From: Selaginella moellendorffii
Lineage: Eukaryota > Plantae > Lycopodiophyta
Direction: 5' to 3'
NCBI RefSeq assembly: GCF_000143415.4
Contig: NW_003314268.1
Coordinates: 1,286,672-1,350,671 of the forward strand
DNA length: 64,000 nucleotides
Shown here: in pieces, positions 11,950-24,249 of the stretch
Layout of the letters: each line of letters opens with the position of its first letter
How positions within the stretch are numbered: the stretch's first letter is position 1
The notes under the pieces: model-generated
The model's input: the letters and a program-made list of their open reading frames with translations, nothing else
Told to the model about the DNA's origin: nothing
The model's database searches: none
Program-made: the position numbers and the translations under genes

Positions 11950-13032
11950 TCATCTCTTCGATCGACGCTCCGGGGTTCTCGACCTCCGACGATCGTAGCC
12001 ACGTCTTCTTTGATCATAATCGGGGTGCCAGCGGTGATCTCTTCCTCTTTTCCTGTCATAATCCCGGTTATCCTTCCTTCTACGATCGTCACCACGGTGA
12101 TTCTCCCTTCTTCGATCATAGCCATCGCCATTCTTGCTTCTAAGATCACTGCCAAGATCATGATCACTGTCCCTGCTCGTAGCATCTCTCTTTTTCCTGT
12201 CGTCCTGCTTGAGAAACTCCACGATCACCATCGTCTTGTTATCATTGGACTGTGCTCTTGCAACGATCTCCTTCAGTGCCTCAAAGTTTTTCTCCTTGAG
12301 CGCCTTGCTGATCTCTTCCCGGCACGACTCCACATACTTCCTCTCCAGGCCATCCGACGCAAGAATCAAAAACTCGCAGCCATCGCAAATCTCCTGCTCC
12401 AAGATCTCCGGATCAGCGACCACTGCCTGTTCTTCCCGGCTCTTCTTTGGATTGTCCTTGAACTCAAAGTCGCCGATCGCGCGTGTCACCGCCAGAGTGC
12501 TCAAAGATCCATCCTTGCTCACCACCCCGTCATGGACGACGCACTTGGATTTGCGAGCTCGATCGGCTTCGTCCAAGTTGCTTGGGACGTGATCCTTGGT
12601 CAGGTGGATCATCTGCTTGTTCTTGACGAGGCTGCAGTAGGAATCACCAGCGTGAGCCACGAAAAATCTGCCCTCTTTCACAAGAGCCACCACCGCCGTC
12701 GTTCCAGACGACGTCGATCCATGCCCGGCGAATCCCTCGTCAGTGCTCAAGAACACGCTGTGCAAGCTCTCGCGAAACTCACCCTTTTCGAACCTCTCGT
12801 CGCGCACCAGGAGCTTGAAGAGATTGCTGGAGCAATATCTCGCGGCATCGTCCCCGCCGTGGCCATCGAAAACCCCAACCAGCGAAACGCCCGATGGCAG
12901 GCCAGTCGCGATGGCGCAGCCATCCTCCATCTCGCGCCGGCGCCCCTGATCAATCACGGCATAGATTCGCACAAGCCGCTCCTGCTCCGTGTGGAAACCT
13001 CGCGACTGTCCACCAAAGCTATCGTACACCAT
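11950..13032 (-). CDS. Protein phosphatase 2C (PPM family) with C-terminal Arg/Asp/Ser-rich tail, intronless
   Basis: Motifs GRRREMED, VFDGHGG, SGTTA, AHAGDS, LAVTRAIGD, LILASDGL and SNDNKT; final ~85 aa are RD/RS-rich. Confidence 0.9.
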   Translation of the reverse strand: MVYDSFGGQSRGFHTEQERLVRIYAVIDQGRRREMEDGCAIATGLPSGVSLVGVFDGHGGDDAARYCSSNLFKLLVRDERFEKGEFRESLHSVFLSTDEGFAGHGSTSSGTTAVVALVKEGRFFVAHAGDSYCSLVKNKQMIHLTKDHVPSNLDEADRARKSKCVVHDGVVSKDGSLSTLAVTRAIGDFEFKDNPKKSREEQAVVADPEILEQEICDGCEFLILASDGLERKYVESCREEISKALKEKNFEALKEIVARAQSNDNKTMVIVEFLKQDDRKKRDATSRDSDHDLGSDLRSKNGDGYDRRRENHRGDDRRRKDNRDYDRKRGRDHRWHPDYDQRRRGYDRRRSRTPERRSKR

Positions 13033-13209
13033 TTCTATTCGCGACGAACCCTAAAAACCCCAAGTGTCCATTTATATAGCCCCAGGCATTTTTTTTTTTT
13101 ACTAGAATATTCGCAAATTTAAATTTTACTGGGCTTAGCAAGCCGTTGATACGCCACACTGGAACAATCGTACGTTCGCTTGAATGAAACCGTTGGATCG
13201 ATTTAATTG

Positions 13210-16200
13210 TCAGCTGAAGCTCTGTAAGCCGTTGATTGCGCTGTGGTAGGGCTTTCTCACGCTCGACACGAGACCTCTTCTCCTACAGTCTTGGAGAAGA
13301 GCTTTCCAGTCGGAATTTCTTTCGAGCGTCCTCGCATTTCCCACGACCCAGAGCGAAAACTTGGCCCTCGTCAGTGCTACGTTCATGCGCCGGACGTCCG
13401 CGAGGAATCCCACACCAGCTTGAGACTCTCCAAACGAAGCACGCACTGTCGAGAGGACGATGATGTCTGCCTCTCGCCCCTGGAATGAATCCACCGTGTT
13501 TACGTCGATCCCCGAGTGTAAACTCCTCATGTTTTCTTGGAGAACTTTTCTCTGCTCCTGGTATGGAGTGATCACTCCAATCCTCCCGGGGCGAACTTCC
13601 TCCGGATACCTGGAAAACCGGTTGATATCTTTCTAGCAACTTCGTGAAAGAATGTGGAGTACCTCTCTTTGAGAACACGAAGGAGTTGAAAGATAAACTC
13701 TGCCTCGTCGGGATTGGTAAGCGACTGCATCGAGCCTGGCCTTTCCTGCCCGTCTCGAATGTCAAAAAACCTGTATGGCTCGAAACGCCTGTGCAATTCC
13801 AATTGAAACAGTCTTCTTTTCATGAATTCAAAAGCTCAAGCGTACGAACCTTTCCCGGTGGAAGGGAGCGCTTCGGTTGCCATGTAGAACAGTGCTTCCA
13901 TCTTTGAGCTGGCCACCGTAGTAGTGTGTCGATGGAAAGCTTCGAATCTCAGGGTGCATGCGATACTGTGGAACCAGAACGAGAAAACTTGATAAAATGG
14001 AAAAAGACGTCGACCTGCGTTGTTAACATGCTGACCGGATAGCCATTCTTTTGGAAACGCTCGAACATACTGCAGTCAAACAGGAGCCTTGATGCTGGAA
14101 CCGAGAGAACAGTCGCTGGTAGCTGTTTAGGATCCCCAATCTGGAAAACTTCTAGTAAATATTTTGCAAAATACTCCCGTAGCACTTTACCAGGATGCAC
14201 TTCCCACGAGTCGCTTTCAACAGCTGAAGCGGTATCAGAGTTGATGGTTCCACGGCCTAAAAGTTCGTTCGAAAGGCGTCATTCAAACTCTGATTTTTCA
14301 TCCATACCTGTGCCGCTTCATCGATGATCACAGCGTCGAACAGCATCTCCGCGGCCTGCGCGTCTCTCGTTGCAATGAATTCCATCAAAGTCGAGTAAAT
14401 GTGACCTCCGCAGCCGCTTAGCGTCGTCAGTACCACATCTGCTTCTCTTAAAACTTCAAGCTTCATGGCTTGTTTCTTCTTTCGGTTTGATCCCATAAGA
14501 AAGCCATGCTCGCGATTTTCCACCTTGATCAGCTCTGATAAAAGCAGTCTCTGCTGCTCTTGAAGACCTGCTAGCTTGTCAAGTTTCGGGATCCCATCCT
14601 GACTTGCCACCTCGGCTGGAGCAGCTAACGCTTGCATATTACCCAGGACTTCATCGAGCTTGAATCTTAGTTCCTGTGGAGAGTGCGCATTGTGTACCCC
14701 TGCATTCTCAGCCATTCTCTTCGCCACCAGCCGGTCGATGTGCACAGCCATTGCCTGGGAATGCACCCTCTTCGTGTCCCCGACGCGGACAATAGAGGGC
14801 CAGTAAGTCCCTCCATCGTAGTTGTAGACGCCATGCTTTGAGATTCTTGTCACCAGTTCGTCCACTGCTGCGTTGGACTGAGATCCTTGTAGCTTTCAGC
14901 TTATCTCGGAACTCAGTTTGGTGGTTATCTGTTAGCACGTCTAGCATCTCGTGTTCCTCGGCTTTGCCAGCCTCCTCGTTTGCATGGGCCAGCAATGCGC
15001 TCACAATGCCGAGGATTGTTCTTGTCTTTCCAGTTCCTATTACAAGCAAAGAAAAAACAATTGAATGGTTTATATCAAGAGAACGCGAAAGCCGTTTACC
15101 TGGTGGCCCTTGTATGAGAGAAATCATCTGGTCGGCGACAGCAGCGATAGAGCTCAGCTGACTCTCGTTGTACTCGCGTCTAAGCTTTGACCGCAGTTGT
15201 GGTGGAAGGCTTTGAGTTCTTGATATTTCTCGTGGAGGAGAAGCCGAGAGTATTGTTTCCAGTAATGGAAACAAGTGCATCGCCGCCATAGCCTGCTGCT
15301 CGCGGATGAAAGTCGTCACGGACGTAAGCTTGTTCAGATGCCATGTACTTTCCGTCACTAGCATCTCTCGCAACTTGGAAAGCCTTTCGCAGCTGTGAGG
15401 AAGATAAACCTTGACGAGAAGGTTGTTTCTTTTCTCAACCTGCAATGCAAAGAGATTCCTTTAGAATGCATCAAGCTCTGGAGCGTTTACTCATCTTGCC
15501 GATCATGTGAGAAGTCCGAGCTGGATCACGTAGAAGTATCAAATCGTTCTCTGCGAGTTTAACGGTGTGGCCGTCAAACTCCACAAGGTGAAAGTAGCCT
15601 TCCTGCCGCAAGGAAAACGCTGTGACAACGTCGGAGCGCGACAAATCCATTGTCTCGAGAGACCTTTCAAGGTGTGCCTTGAACTCTTCGAAGCAAAGCG
15701 GCCGGAAGATCTCTAGATAATGCTTGTAGCTTTGAAACGTCAATGGAACTTCCAGGAGCTCCTCCGAGTGATCTCCGTGCATGCTCCAGATGTCTAGCGA
15801 TAGAACACGCTTGTGCCATTCGTCCAGCATCGCTGGAAACGCAGCTCGATCATAGAAGTCTTGCTGGCCTTCCCCGACCTTGCCCTCCAAGCGTTGCTTC
15901 TTGCATGATGGAACATCTTGCGACACAGGTCTCTTTTTCCGGTCGGAGCCCACCTCGGGTTTCGCACTCGCCGTCTCTTCGGTGGCCGTCTTCACACATT
16001 CATCAGTCATCGCCTCTTGGTTGTTGACACATTCTTCGTCGGTCAGGTCGAGTATAACGTCGTTCTCTGTTGATTCGGACGAGGATACCGTTTCATCGAA
16101 GATCTTCACAAGCTTTCTCAAACCATGGAGAATAATCCTCTGATCCGCGTTCCTACAACAAATACATAAAAATGGTTAAGCTCAAGGCTAGCATTGATCC

Positions 16201-17008
16201 GCTCACCGAAAAAGTTCCAAACTTTCGACAAGCTTTCGAGAAGCATTGTTGCCTGAGAGAAGCTCCATGATCTCCTGAAAGTTAGAGATAAAGAGAACTG
16301 GAAGCAAAAAAAACATCACGTACAGGATGGATTTCTGGATTCAAGGCCAATGTATTCTCGGCATAGCGCATGACCAGCATTAAGATCTTTCTGGCTTGAT
16401 CATCCTGGAAACCTTCTGGGTACATGAGGATCTGTATGGAACAAAAGGAAATAAATGAGAAAAGTAGAGAAACAAACACTTACCTCGAAAAGAACACACA
16501 AGCCTTCGCGATCGATCGGCTGGAACTTCTGTAAAGTCCGCCGCAAGGGAGACATCACCCTCGCTCGATCCAGATCCCGAAGAACATCCAGCAGCGGCTC
16601 CACTCCCGGAGAAAACTCTTGCACGTAGAAATCCTTTGCCTCGTAGTAATGGCAAACGCACTGGATGCATCCGCGCAGCGGCGAGGAGAGCTTCCTCCAC
16701 AAGCTCGGGAGACCCCCCCAGCGCGATCCAGGGGTATAGAAGCGCAAGGGCTCCAGAAGCTGCCACACGACGTGCTGGAGGCCGGGCGCGCACCACAGAT
16801 GCGCGCCATCGGGGAGCTTCTCCACGAACAAGAAGGCGTCGGCAAACCTGCGAGAAGAAACCCTGATCGATCGACCGAGAGAAAGCGAAATATTTCCCCC
16901 AAGAAAAAGCACCCACCATTCCTGCTTGAGAATCTCTTGCTCGTGGCCGCGGAGATTGTAGAGATCTCGCCAGCGCTCCCACAGCGCCCTCGCGCTCTCG
17001 TGCTGCAT
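13210..17008 (-). pseudogene. SEN1/senataxin-like (UPF1-like SF1) helicase, copy 1; frameshift in motif Ia
   Basis: Motifs LIQGPPG|TGKT, VIIDEAAQ, IGDPKQLPATV, QYRMHP, VITPY, NTVDSFQGREAD, RRMNVALTRAK, plus an N-terminal CIQCVCHYY region. At ~14885 RI(LVCA)QSNAAVDE lacks ~11 nt and changes frame. Confidence 0.75.
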
Positions 17009-17192
17009 TCGCTCCGATCGACCCGAGAGATCGATTCAAAACCCCAGCGAATGGAGAATGGAACACGCGCACAAAAATGTTTTCGTACGTGAAAGGGTTC
17101 GAAGGTTCGATTCCCAGATACCACAGCTCCCAGCATTAAAATTTTCACGTGTTTAGCTATAAACCCTAAGTAAACATAATTTAATGGAAGTG

Positions 17193-18991
17193 TTATTTTC
17201 TAAGGAGGCTATTGATAGAGTTAACACTAAGGAAGCCAGCCTTAATTTTGCCGCTGGTCATCCTCAAGTCATCAGTTATATAGCTCCAAGTCGAGCCCAA
17301 CACTCCCACAAAGAAATCACAATCGGCTGCCATGACCAAGTTTACGAAGGCAGTGTCAAACGCTTTCTTGTCTCCAAGCAATGCCATATACTCCGCCATT
17401 CTGATTGTTCCAACTTGCCTTGGAACATCGCTGTAATAAAAATTCCAGCCTTTGTACTCCTTTGATTCATCCACGACGTTCTACACACATTCAAATCTTG
17501 TGGGATTAAATCCTTGTCAATGGTTTTCTTACCTGCATTTCTGTGGAAAGCCACACATTTTTTACGTGTGGGAATCGCTTCTGGAGGACACTGGCAAGCT
17601 TCATGTATTCTTCAAACGAGACAACTTTCATCTCCCTGGCTTTGTCACCCTGTCTCACATGAATGCTCAATAGAGGCTGCGGCATCCAAGGTCCATAGCC
17701 ACTCCACACAAGCTCTTCCATGGGATTACTCTCTCTTGCGAGCGGCCATTCGGTGGAAAGAGTTTTAAGCACCAGTTTTGCCGCTTCCTCCCCAAAGGCC
17801 CTGTGTCGTTCTTGGTTTAGAAGATTGCAAAGATACTCACTGGGAAATCGTGTGAGATAGCGTAGTGCCTGTATGCAAGCATTAGCGTATGTTTGGATTA
17901 TCAAAAACTTGCCTGAGCTCTCCACCACCTTCGGTGATTTGCGTTATAATGTGTCATGAGCTTGCCCTTTACTCCCACAGTAGGTCGCATTGCTTTCCAA
18001 GGCTCCCCCCAAAAACTAGAAACAAGATAATACTACTTGATTGAACTGTATGAGAAAAACCTCTTTTCCTCACCTTGGAATCTTACCATTCCATTGATTG
18101 CCACTAAACTCTTTGATAATTCCCTTGTCCCAAGCCTGTTTTTCCGAAGCAAGCCGCAGTGCCCTTGCCATGCACTCCTCAGAAGCCTCGGGAACAAAGT
18201 AGCACGACCAGCGAGCGTGGTTAGATCCTAACATAATAAAACTCAGTCTGAACTCTCAGTCTGAGAAGCATTAATCAAAGAGTCTAGAAACCTGTGCATC
18301 CTTTGTGCCTGGCACCGTGGTAATCCTTGGTGATGAAAACCCGGCCTTGTATCAGCGCAGCTCCAAACATTCCGGCCATTGACACCATATCGGATCCAAC
18401 TCCAACCGATTTGCGCGTCTCGTCGTGGTGCCAAGGTGCCAGGAGAAATCTCGCGTTGCTACAGTTTCTCGGGTGTTGGTGCAACCAAATCTCACGCTGG
18501 ACGCGTCGTGTTAACGGGAGATTATCGTCATCACCGCCAATGACCTGTCCCAAGAAAAAACCAAGACGATCCGAGAAAGAACTTAAAAGAGAACTTACCC
18601 ATGGAACGGTGCCGCTTGTCTCTGTATTCATGTCAATCTCCTCTTTTAACTGGGCAAGTCCCTTCCAGGATGGATCCTTTCCCCGATCAAACTCTGCAGT
18701 CGCCTCGCTGCAACGCTTGCAATCCTGGATGTGCGGTGCATTGATCGTCACCTTCAAGGGTGGAGGTGTGCCGCTCGCTCTCGACTCCAGATCGCTACTC
18801 CACAGATCGACCAGGAGTTTTACTCTGCTTGATGTCACCGAGGTCGTGGAATTGCAGGTTGATATTGGTAAAATTACTTGATGATCCTGTCTCATCCACT
18901 TCAGCCTGAAACCAAGCAAGACAATGAAGTTCAAGGACAAGATCCAAAACAGAAGCCATTTGAGGGAATCCCTGGGACGCTGGTCCTTCAT
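17193..18991 (-). CDS. GT23-like / alpha-(1,6)-fucosyltransferase-like type II membrane protein, multi-exon
   Basis: N-terminal TM segment, then DNLPLTRRVQREIWLHQHP, SIHVRQGDK (HVRxGDK nucleotide-sugar motif), VWLSTEM and ADCDFFVGVLGSTWS..LR; short introns. Confidence 0.8.
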
Positions 18992-19189
18992 CTTTCTGAG
19001 AAAGACGAACTAATGAGGCTTTTTTCTAAATCGAACGTGTTGAGCACTAAATTTCTCAGACATGCAATGTGAGAAAGATAAGGGCTGTCCATCAGATTCA
19101 GAGGGCACATTTGAATGCTCTTCACTCTGGCTCTTATTGACTTGTCTCGTTCCCGTCACCTGTTGAGCCTTGAGCGGGAGAGTATGAAA

Positions 19190-19590
19190 TCAATTTGTGG
19201 TAGTGCGCAGTCGTGGCAAGTGGCAGTGAGCTCTAATGTCCGTGCTTTGCCAACTTTGAAGCGACACTAAAGAATTGCAAGTTTTTGAGCAGCATTGGCG
19301 CTCGAAAGAAACTCCATGATTTCCTGAAACTTGATAAGAAGTTTGTAGGTAAGAAAAGGCCATTGTATTCTCGGCATAGTGTATCACTAGAATGAAAGAC
19401 GTAGAGAAACAAAGACTGGACTTCGCGATCAATTGGCAACTTTTGCAAAATCCGTAGCCAACCTGCAAGAAAAGCCCTGATCAATCGATCGAGAGAAAGC
19501 GACCAATATGGGGAGATTTCCCATGCTCTCAACCCCAGAGTTTGTAGATATCTCACCAGCGCTCCCACGGCACGCTCTCATTCTCGTGTT
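19190..19590 (-). pseudogene. Degenerate N-terminal fragment of the SEN1-like gene (third copy)
   Basis: 19543-19590 resembles 16958-17005 (gtagatatctcaccagcgctcccac); 19360-19400 resembles 16347-16387; 19285-19330 resembles 16230-16281. Confidence 0.65.
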
Positions 19591-21626
19591 CAGCCCCCGG
19601 TTCTGAAAGCATTATATTACTCTAAACTACTGTACAGTTCGGGTGGTATGGCTTCCAACTCTAGTTGTTCCGTATCGAAGGTACATTTCGCCATTGCATC
19701 CAATGGTTTGCTACGCCCGGTACCAATCCTCCTGGGCGGTGCAACCCCGGACCGAGAATGCAATCACTTGCATCATCAAGCTCGCCTTCTTCTTTGCCTT
19801 CGTGATTGTCCACATCGCATCGCGCAAGAACACTGGATCCAGATCTTGGTTGCTGCTGTGGCCCCTCGCGACCGTCGTCTGGTCGCCCAGGCGATCTCGT
19901 GGGGTGCTCGTCCGGTAGTCATCGTCGGCACTCTCGCGGTGCGCGGCGGCGGCGGCGTGAGAAAGAACAGCATGGCGGAGGAGAGATCCCGCTGAATCCA
20001 CTGCTCGACCTCGGCCATTCCAAATCGCTGGAGCTCCAGGACGTCCCTAGATTTCGTTCAGCGTCTGGCAAGGATCTCCGTCTCCTCCTGGTGCTCGTAA
20101 GAACCATAGCGCTCATGTCTTCGTGCGCCCCAAAGGGACTCTTCGGCTTCGTGGAGCTTCCAGGCTTGCGAGAAGCAGCCCCGGCTCGCGAATTCGGCCA
20201 GCATCCAGATGCCTACCAGTCGCCTCGCAGACGAATTTCATGGTCGTGCAGGACAAGCGGTTGAGGGATCCTCATCAGCATGAAGATCATCAAGCTCCAG
20301 GCGTGGAGCACCGGGAGGAGGAGCTGGGATCCCAAGCTACACTTTCTCGGTGATCATCGAGGTGGGTTCTTGTGTTTCTGTCCTTTAGATTTCTAAGGAC
20401 AGTAAGATAGTCGAATCGATTCGATGGCCGCGGCCTCGAGCAAGCGAGCGCCCGCAAGGATTGTATCGCATTTCAATCCCTTCCTCTGGTCCAGAGCGCG
20501 CCGTGGCAGGCGCAGTGGCGAAATCTCCTCGCCGGGGTCTCGATCATCGCCATCACAATGCTCGATGGCGCGAATCTATGCCCTTGATTTCCTCCACCAG
20601 TGATGGCAGCATATACCCGGGCCGGGCATCTCCATCTAATCGAAGAACAGGTCAACGTCAATGGTGCGACTAAGTTAGGGTAAGCGAAGTGTGGAAGAAG
20701 GATGGCGCTGCCGGCCGTCGCGGTGCTGCAGCTACTGTCGCTCCGACGCAGACCACTGGCGCAGCCGTTGTTGCTGTCCCTCCTCCGACGCTGACGCCTG
20801 ACACGGCCCAGATTTCTGCTGGTACGCCTGGCCCGGTGTCCAAAACCAAGTTACTCAAGCTTTATTTAAGGCCAGAGACCGACTAGCCAAAGAGTGGGAG
20901 TATCGTGTCTTGAGGACATCGAGCGGTTTTTCACCTCTCTCGCTCAAGAGCTCCCGGACGGCCACATAAAACAAGCTCTCATCCACTGGCTTGCTGCGTC
21001 CCGAATCGCTCACATCAAACTCCTCGGGGCACTGGTAATACCCAGGCACAGTTGGCAACAAATAAGGATTTTGCTGAGGCTGTGCTGGTTGGTGCCACAG
21101 TTTGAAAAACGGGGCCAAAGTAGCTTACAACTTTTACAGGTGATTTATTTTAGAAAATTTTACAATTAGAACTAAGAGATGCTTTCATTATGCCCACCCT
21201 TGGGACATCTGTTACTACTGCGCTCTGGGGATGATGTGAAATCTGTCGCTTTCATCCCATACAAACTCCCTTGCTACAATAATTGCTGTGTAATTTGTTG
21301 CAATGTAATTTGTTGCAATGCAACCTAAATAAATAGAGTTTAGACAGGTAAAGCACTATAGTGCTTGTTAGATTATAGTGAGAATTTTAGTTCTCTAAAA
21401 GCTCCTGGAAACTAAAATGAACTCTAAATCATAAAATACCTTTGTAGGCAATACCACAATTATATCAGACTGAAAACAATATCAGAATAATTATACTTGT
21501 AGCAAGCGAGAAGACTCAACCTGTGAAGAGAAGCCAGGCTGACCATCGCCTCCCAGGTCGCAACCTTCTAGTTCCAAAGTACGAGGCTAAGTCAAGCCCC
21601 ATTTGATTCTCTAAGCACCAAAAGTA

Positions 21627-22568
21627 TTACTTAATGGATGGAGCCAAGCAATACAGAAACTGTCCGCTATCTTCCTCGCTCACATCCATTCTATACCACT
21701 GGAGGCTAACCTGGTCAAATGCAAGGATTACTTGGTCCATAAGAATAGCCATGTACCTGGACCCTTTGGCATGAGCAGGATAAATGGATCCAACATAATT
21801 ATCCAGGTTGCTACAGTCGGATTTGCAATACTTTGGGCAGAAAGGAAGCCATTTCATCAGCTGATTGTCCCACCAGTAAATCTCAACCTCATCATTCACA
21901 AGAGGTGCCACATAGTCCCCAGAGTACACAACCAAGAGCATGAGCTCATTGTGGAAGCCTTTGAAGCACCGGCAAATGCCATTGGGAAAACCCCATGGGA
22001 AATTCTCATGCGTGATTCCCTCAGGCCTTGTGAAACTGGGGTGCTGATACAGATTATCTTCTGCATAGTCGTATATATCGCCCAGCGGAGTTGTGACGCG
22101 GTTGTCTACGTGGTACGCGGCTTCCCAACCCCCTTGTTCTATACGCTCCACACGGTCGAATGAATCCATCTCTCTCTCCACGTTGCAGCTCTGAACCCAG
22201 ACCTTGCTCTTTGACGTGTACATAAACTTGTCAACCAGGAGTGTAAACTCCCCAGTCTCTGGAGCGTCCGCAATCAGATAGAAAGACAACCAGAACCGAA
22301 CCGTCCCGTTCTTGTACCAGTTGTAGCCAGGATGCCAAGGGATGGGAGCCCAAATCCCAGTCAAGGGGCTCCCAACAAACCCCTGCTTCAAATCGAAATT
22401 CTCCACATACATGAGGTTGGAGTCTGTGGCCATGATTTCGAAACCCTCCTCGATCCTGACGGGCCTCAACTCTTGTTTGTGAGGCACCCACGCGTGCAAT
22501 TTACCTGAGCCCGGCACCAGCACTAGAGACTCGCCCGCAAGATCCCTGTCAATCTCAACCGGGGCCAT
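21627..22568 (-). CDS. Hypothetical intronless 313-aa protein, possibly an F-box-associated beta-propeller-like domain with no F-box
   Basis: Clean ATG-to-stop ORF; W/Y-rich beta-strand pattern (GSPLTGIWAPIP, YTSKSKVW, ILAFDQVSLQW) resembles plant F-box C-terminal domains. Family call is inference. Confidence 0.5.
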   Translation of the reverse strand: MAPVEIDRDLAGESLVLVPGSGKLHAWVPHKQELRPVRIEEGFEIMATDSNLMYVENFDLKQGFVGSPLTGIWAPIPWHPGYNWYKNGTVRFWLSFYLIADAPETGEFTLLVDKFMYTSKSKVWVQSCNVEREMDSFDRVERIEQGGWEAAYHVDNRVTTPLGDIYDYAEDNLYQHPSFTRPEGITHENFPWGFPNGICRCFKGFHNELMLLVVYSGDYVAPLVNDEVEIYWWDNQLMKWLPFCPKYCKSDCSNLDNYVGSIYPAHAKGSRYMAILMDQVILAFDQVSLQWYRMDVSEEDSGQFLYCLAPSIK

Positions 22569-23104
22569 GTTACCCTAGGCTTTAGGGTTCAGACCAGCCT
22601 AATTATAGCTCTCCGAAAAGGTATTGTAGCTTGCTTGATCGAACGAATCAGAGGCTATCACCTCCAAGTTGGCATGTTGAACACTTCATGCAGGCTGCAG
22701 CCTGCAGATCTTTCCTTGCCCAATGCAGTCTTTGTTATACTCCTTGAGCAAGTAAACCAAGAATCAGCTTCACCGCATCTATGACTATCTAGCTGCTCGA
22801 CCCTGTCGTTCAACACTCTTGCAGCTCCTCATTATTTAGAGCACGAATGTGGCCTTGGAACTATAAGCTACACAAATCAGGAAACACATCAATAGAAAAC
22901 TAAGCCAGAGAGCACACCAAAACTGCACACTGTAATCAATCTGTGCCTCCTCACTCCCCGATTTATATCCTCTTACTGGAGCTGGCAGAGGACTGAAAGC
23001 ATTTTGCATTGCATTACCAAAGATGGTTGTGGCTTGAGCTGCACATCTTCCAGTCCATGTCCTCTTCCCTACGTACATGCTTGCACGGGAAGAGCTCAGA
23101 AGTC

Positions 23105-24090
23105 AGCTCTCGTGTGTAGTGATGCTTGCCTGAAATGTACAAAGCAAACCTATGTTGCTTGAAAAGGAGCGGAGACGATGGAATAGTGCTCTTCTTCCAA
23201 GAAGAATTCCTATCCGCAGCGTATCAATCAAGAGCGAGGGATCCGGTCCATGGAAGCAGCAAAAAAAACTGTGTAACGATCGATACCTTCTCCATTTTCC
23301 GAGCTCCAAAAGAAGCTTGGCAGCAGAGAAACCCGTCACAAGAGGAAGTATAAGCATAGCCGACTCAAGCGACCATTCCCATCCAGGAAAGGATGGATCT
23401 TCTCCATACCGTGTACAAACGTGCCTGCTGCCGAGATTATTGCTTCGTCAACTCCACGGGAAGCCTCGATGCGTTGCTTCAGCTCTGAAAGTATCACGTC
23501 CAACCTCTCCTCCAGCCGAAGGCATGGCATTCGCTTCTCAGGACCATCTTCGAAGCTCACGAACACATCTTTTGTTCTCCACTTCCCTCCGCCAGGGATA
23601 AGCGTCTTGTGCCACTCCTGCAACAGTTGAATCGATAGAAACTCCCTGCCAAGAAAAGTGAGCAAAGATCTACAAAGCTTGCATCTTTGTTATCTTACTC
23701 CTTGACAGCCGCTCCCATGCATAGCTTCAAAGCGTTGTAAAATGCGCGTAGCTCCTTGTACTGCTCCGTCTTGAAACTCAAGTCGCCATAGATTGCTCCC
23801 ACTGTTTGCTCGAACGAAAACGCTAAACTGTCGCAAAACCGGTTAGATCTCACTGTTGCGGAAACTGAATTGCGGCCTCTTTGTCTCAATAGCCCTGGAA
23901 AGAATAAAAAAGACACTTCAGAGAATTGGAAATTCTTGGCGATCGACGCACCTGAAAACGCTGCCAGTTGTTCCGAGTAGAACTCCCTACTCCACAAGAA
24001 ATCCTAGCCGACGCTCCCGCCAATCCTGTCATGGGTCGATCGATCGGAGAATGTAGATAGTGAAAGCTCACCTTGACGAAGAAGCCGCAT
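23105..24090 (-). pseudogene. Fic/Fido-domain (AMPylase-like) gene, spliced, with stop/frameshift lesions
   Basis: Complete Fic motif IHPFLDGNGRLSR at 23360-23398; upstream Fido context LLQEWHKTL..GGKWRTKDVFV; 53-nt GT-AG intron at 23646-23698; TGA at 23336-23338 just after the motif. 5' boundary uncertain. Confidence 0.75.
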
Positions 24091-24249
24091 CAAGCCCTAC
24101 CTTCGGCAAAGCCGTGGTGAACGAATAGCGCCGTCACGCGAAAAAACGCTTCCCGCGGGCTTCACTAGCAGCCGTTGGATAAGCCAAGCTGGAGCAATCT
24201 TTATCGTTAATACGTTCTGCAGAATAAAACCGTTGGATCGATTTAGTTG

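Noticed and set aside
19640-21170. GC-rich, coding-like stretch with several short ORFs
   Set aside because: Stops and frameshifts in all frames and no recognisable motif; probably pseudogene debris that I cannot assign.
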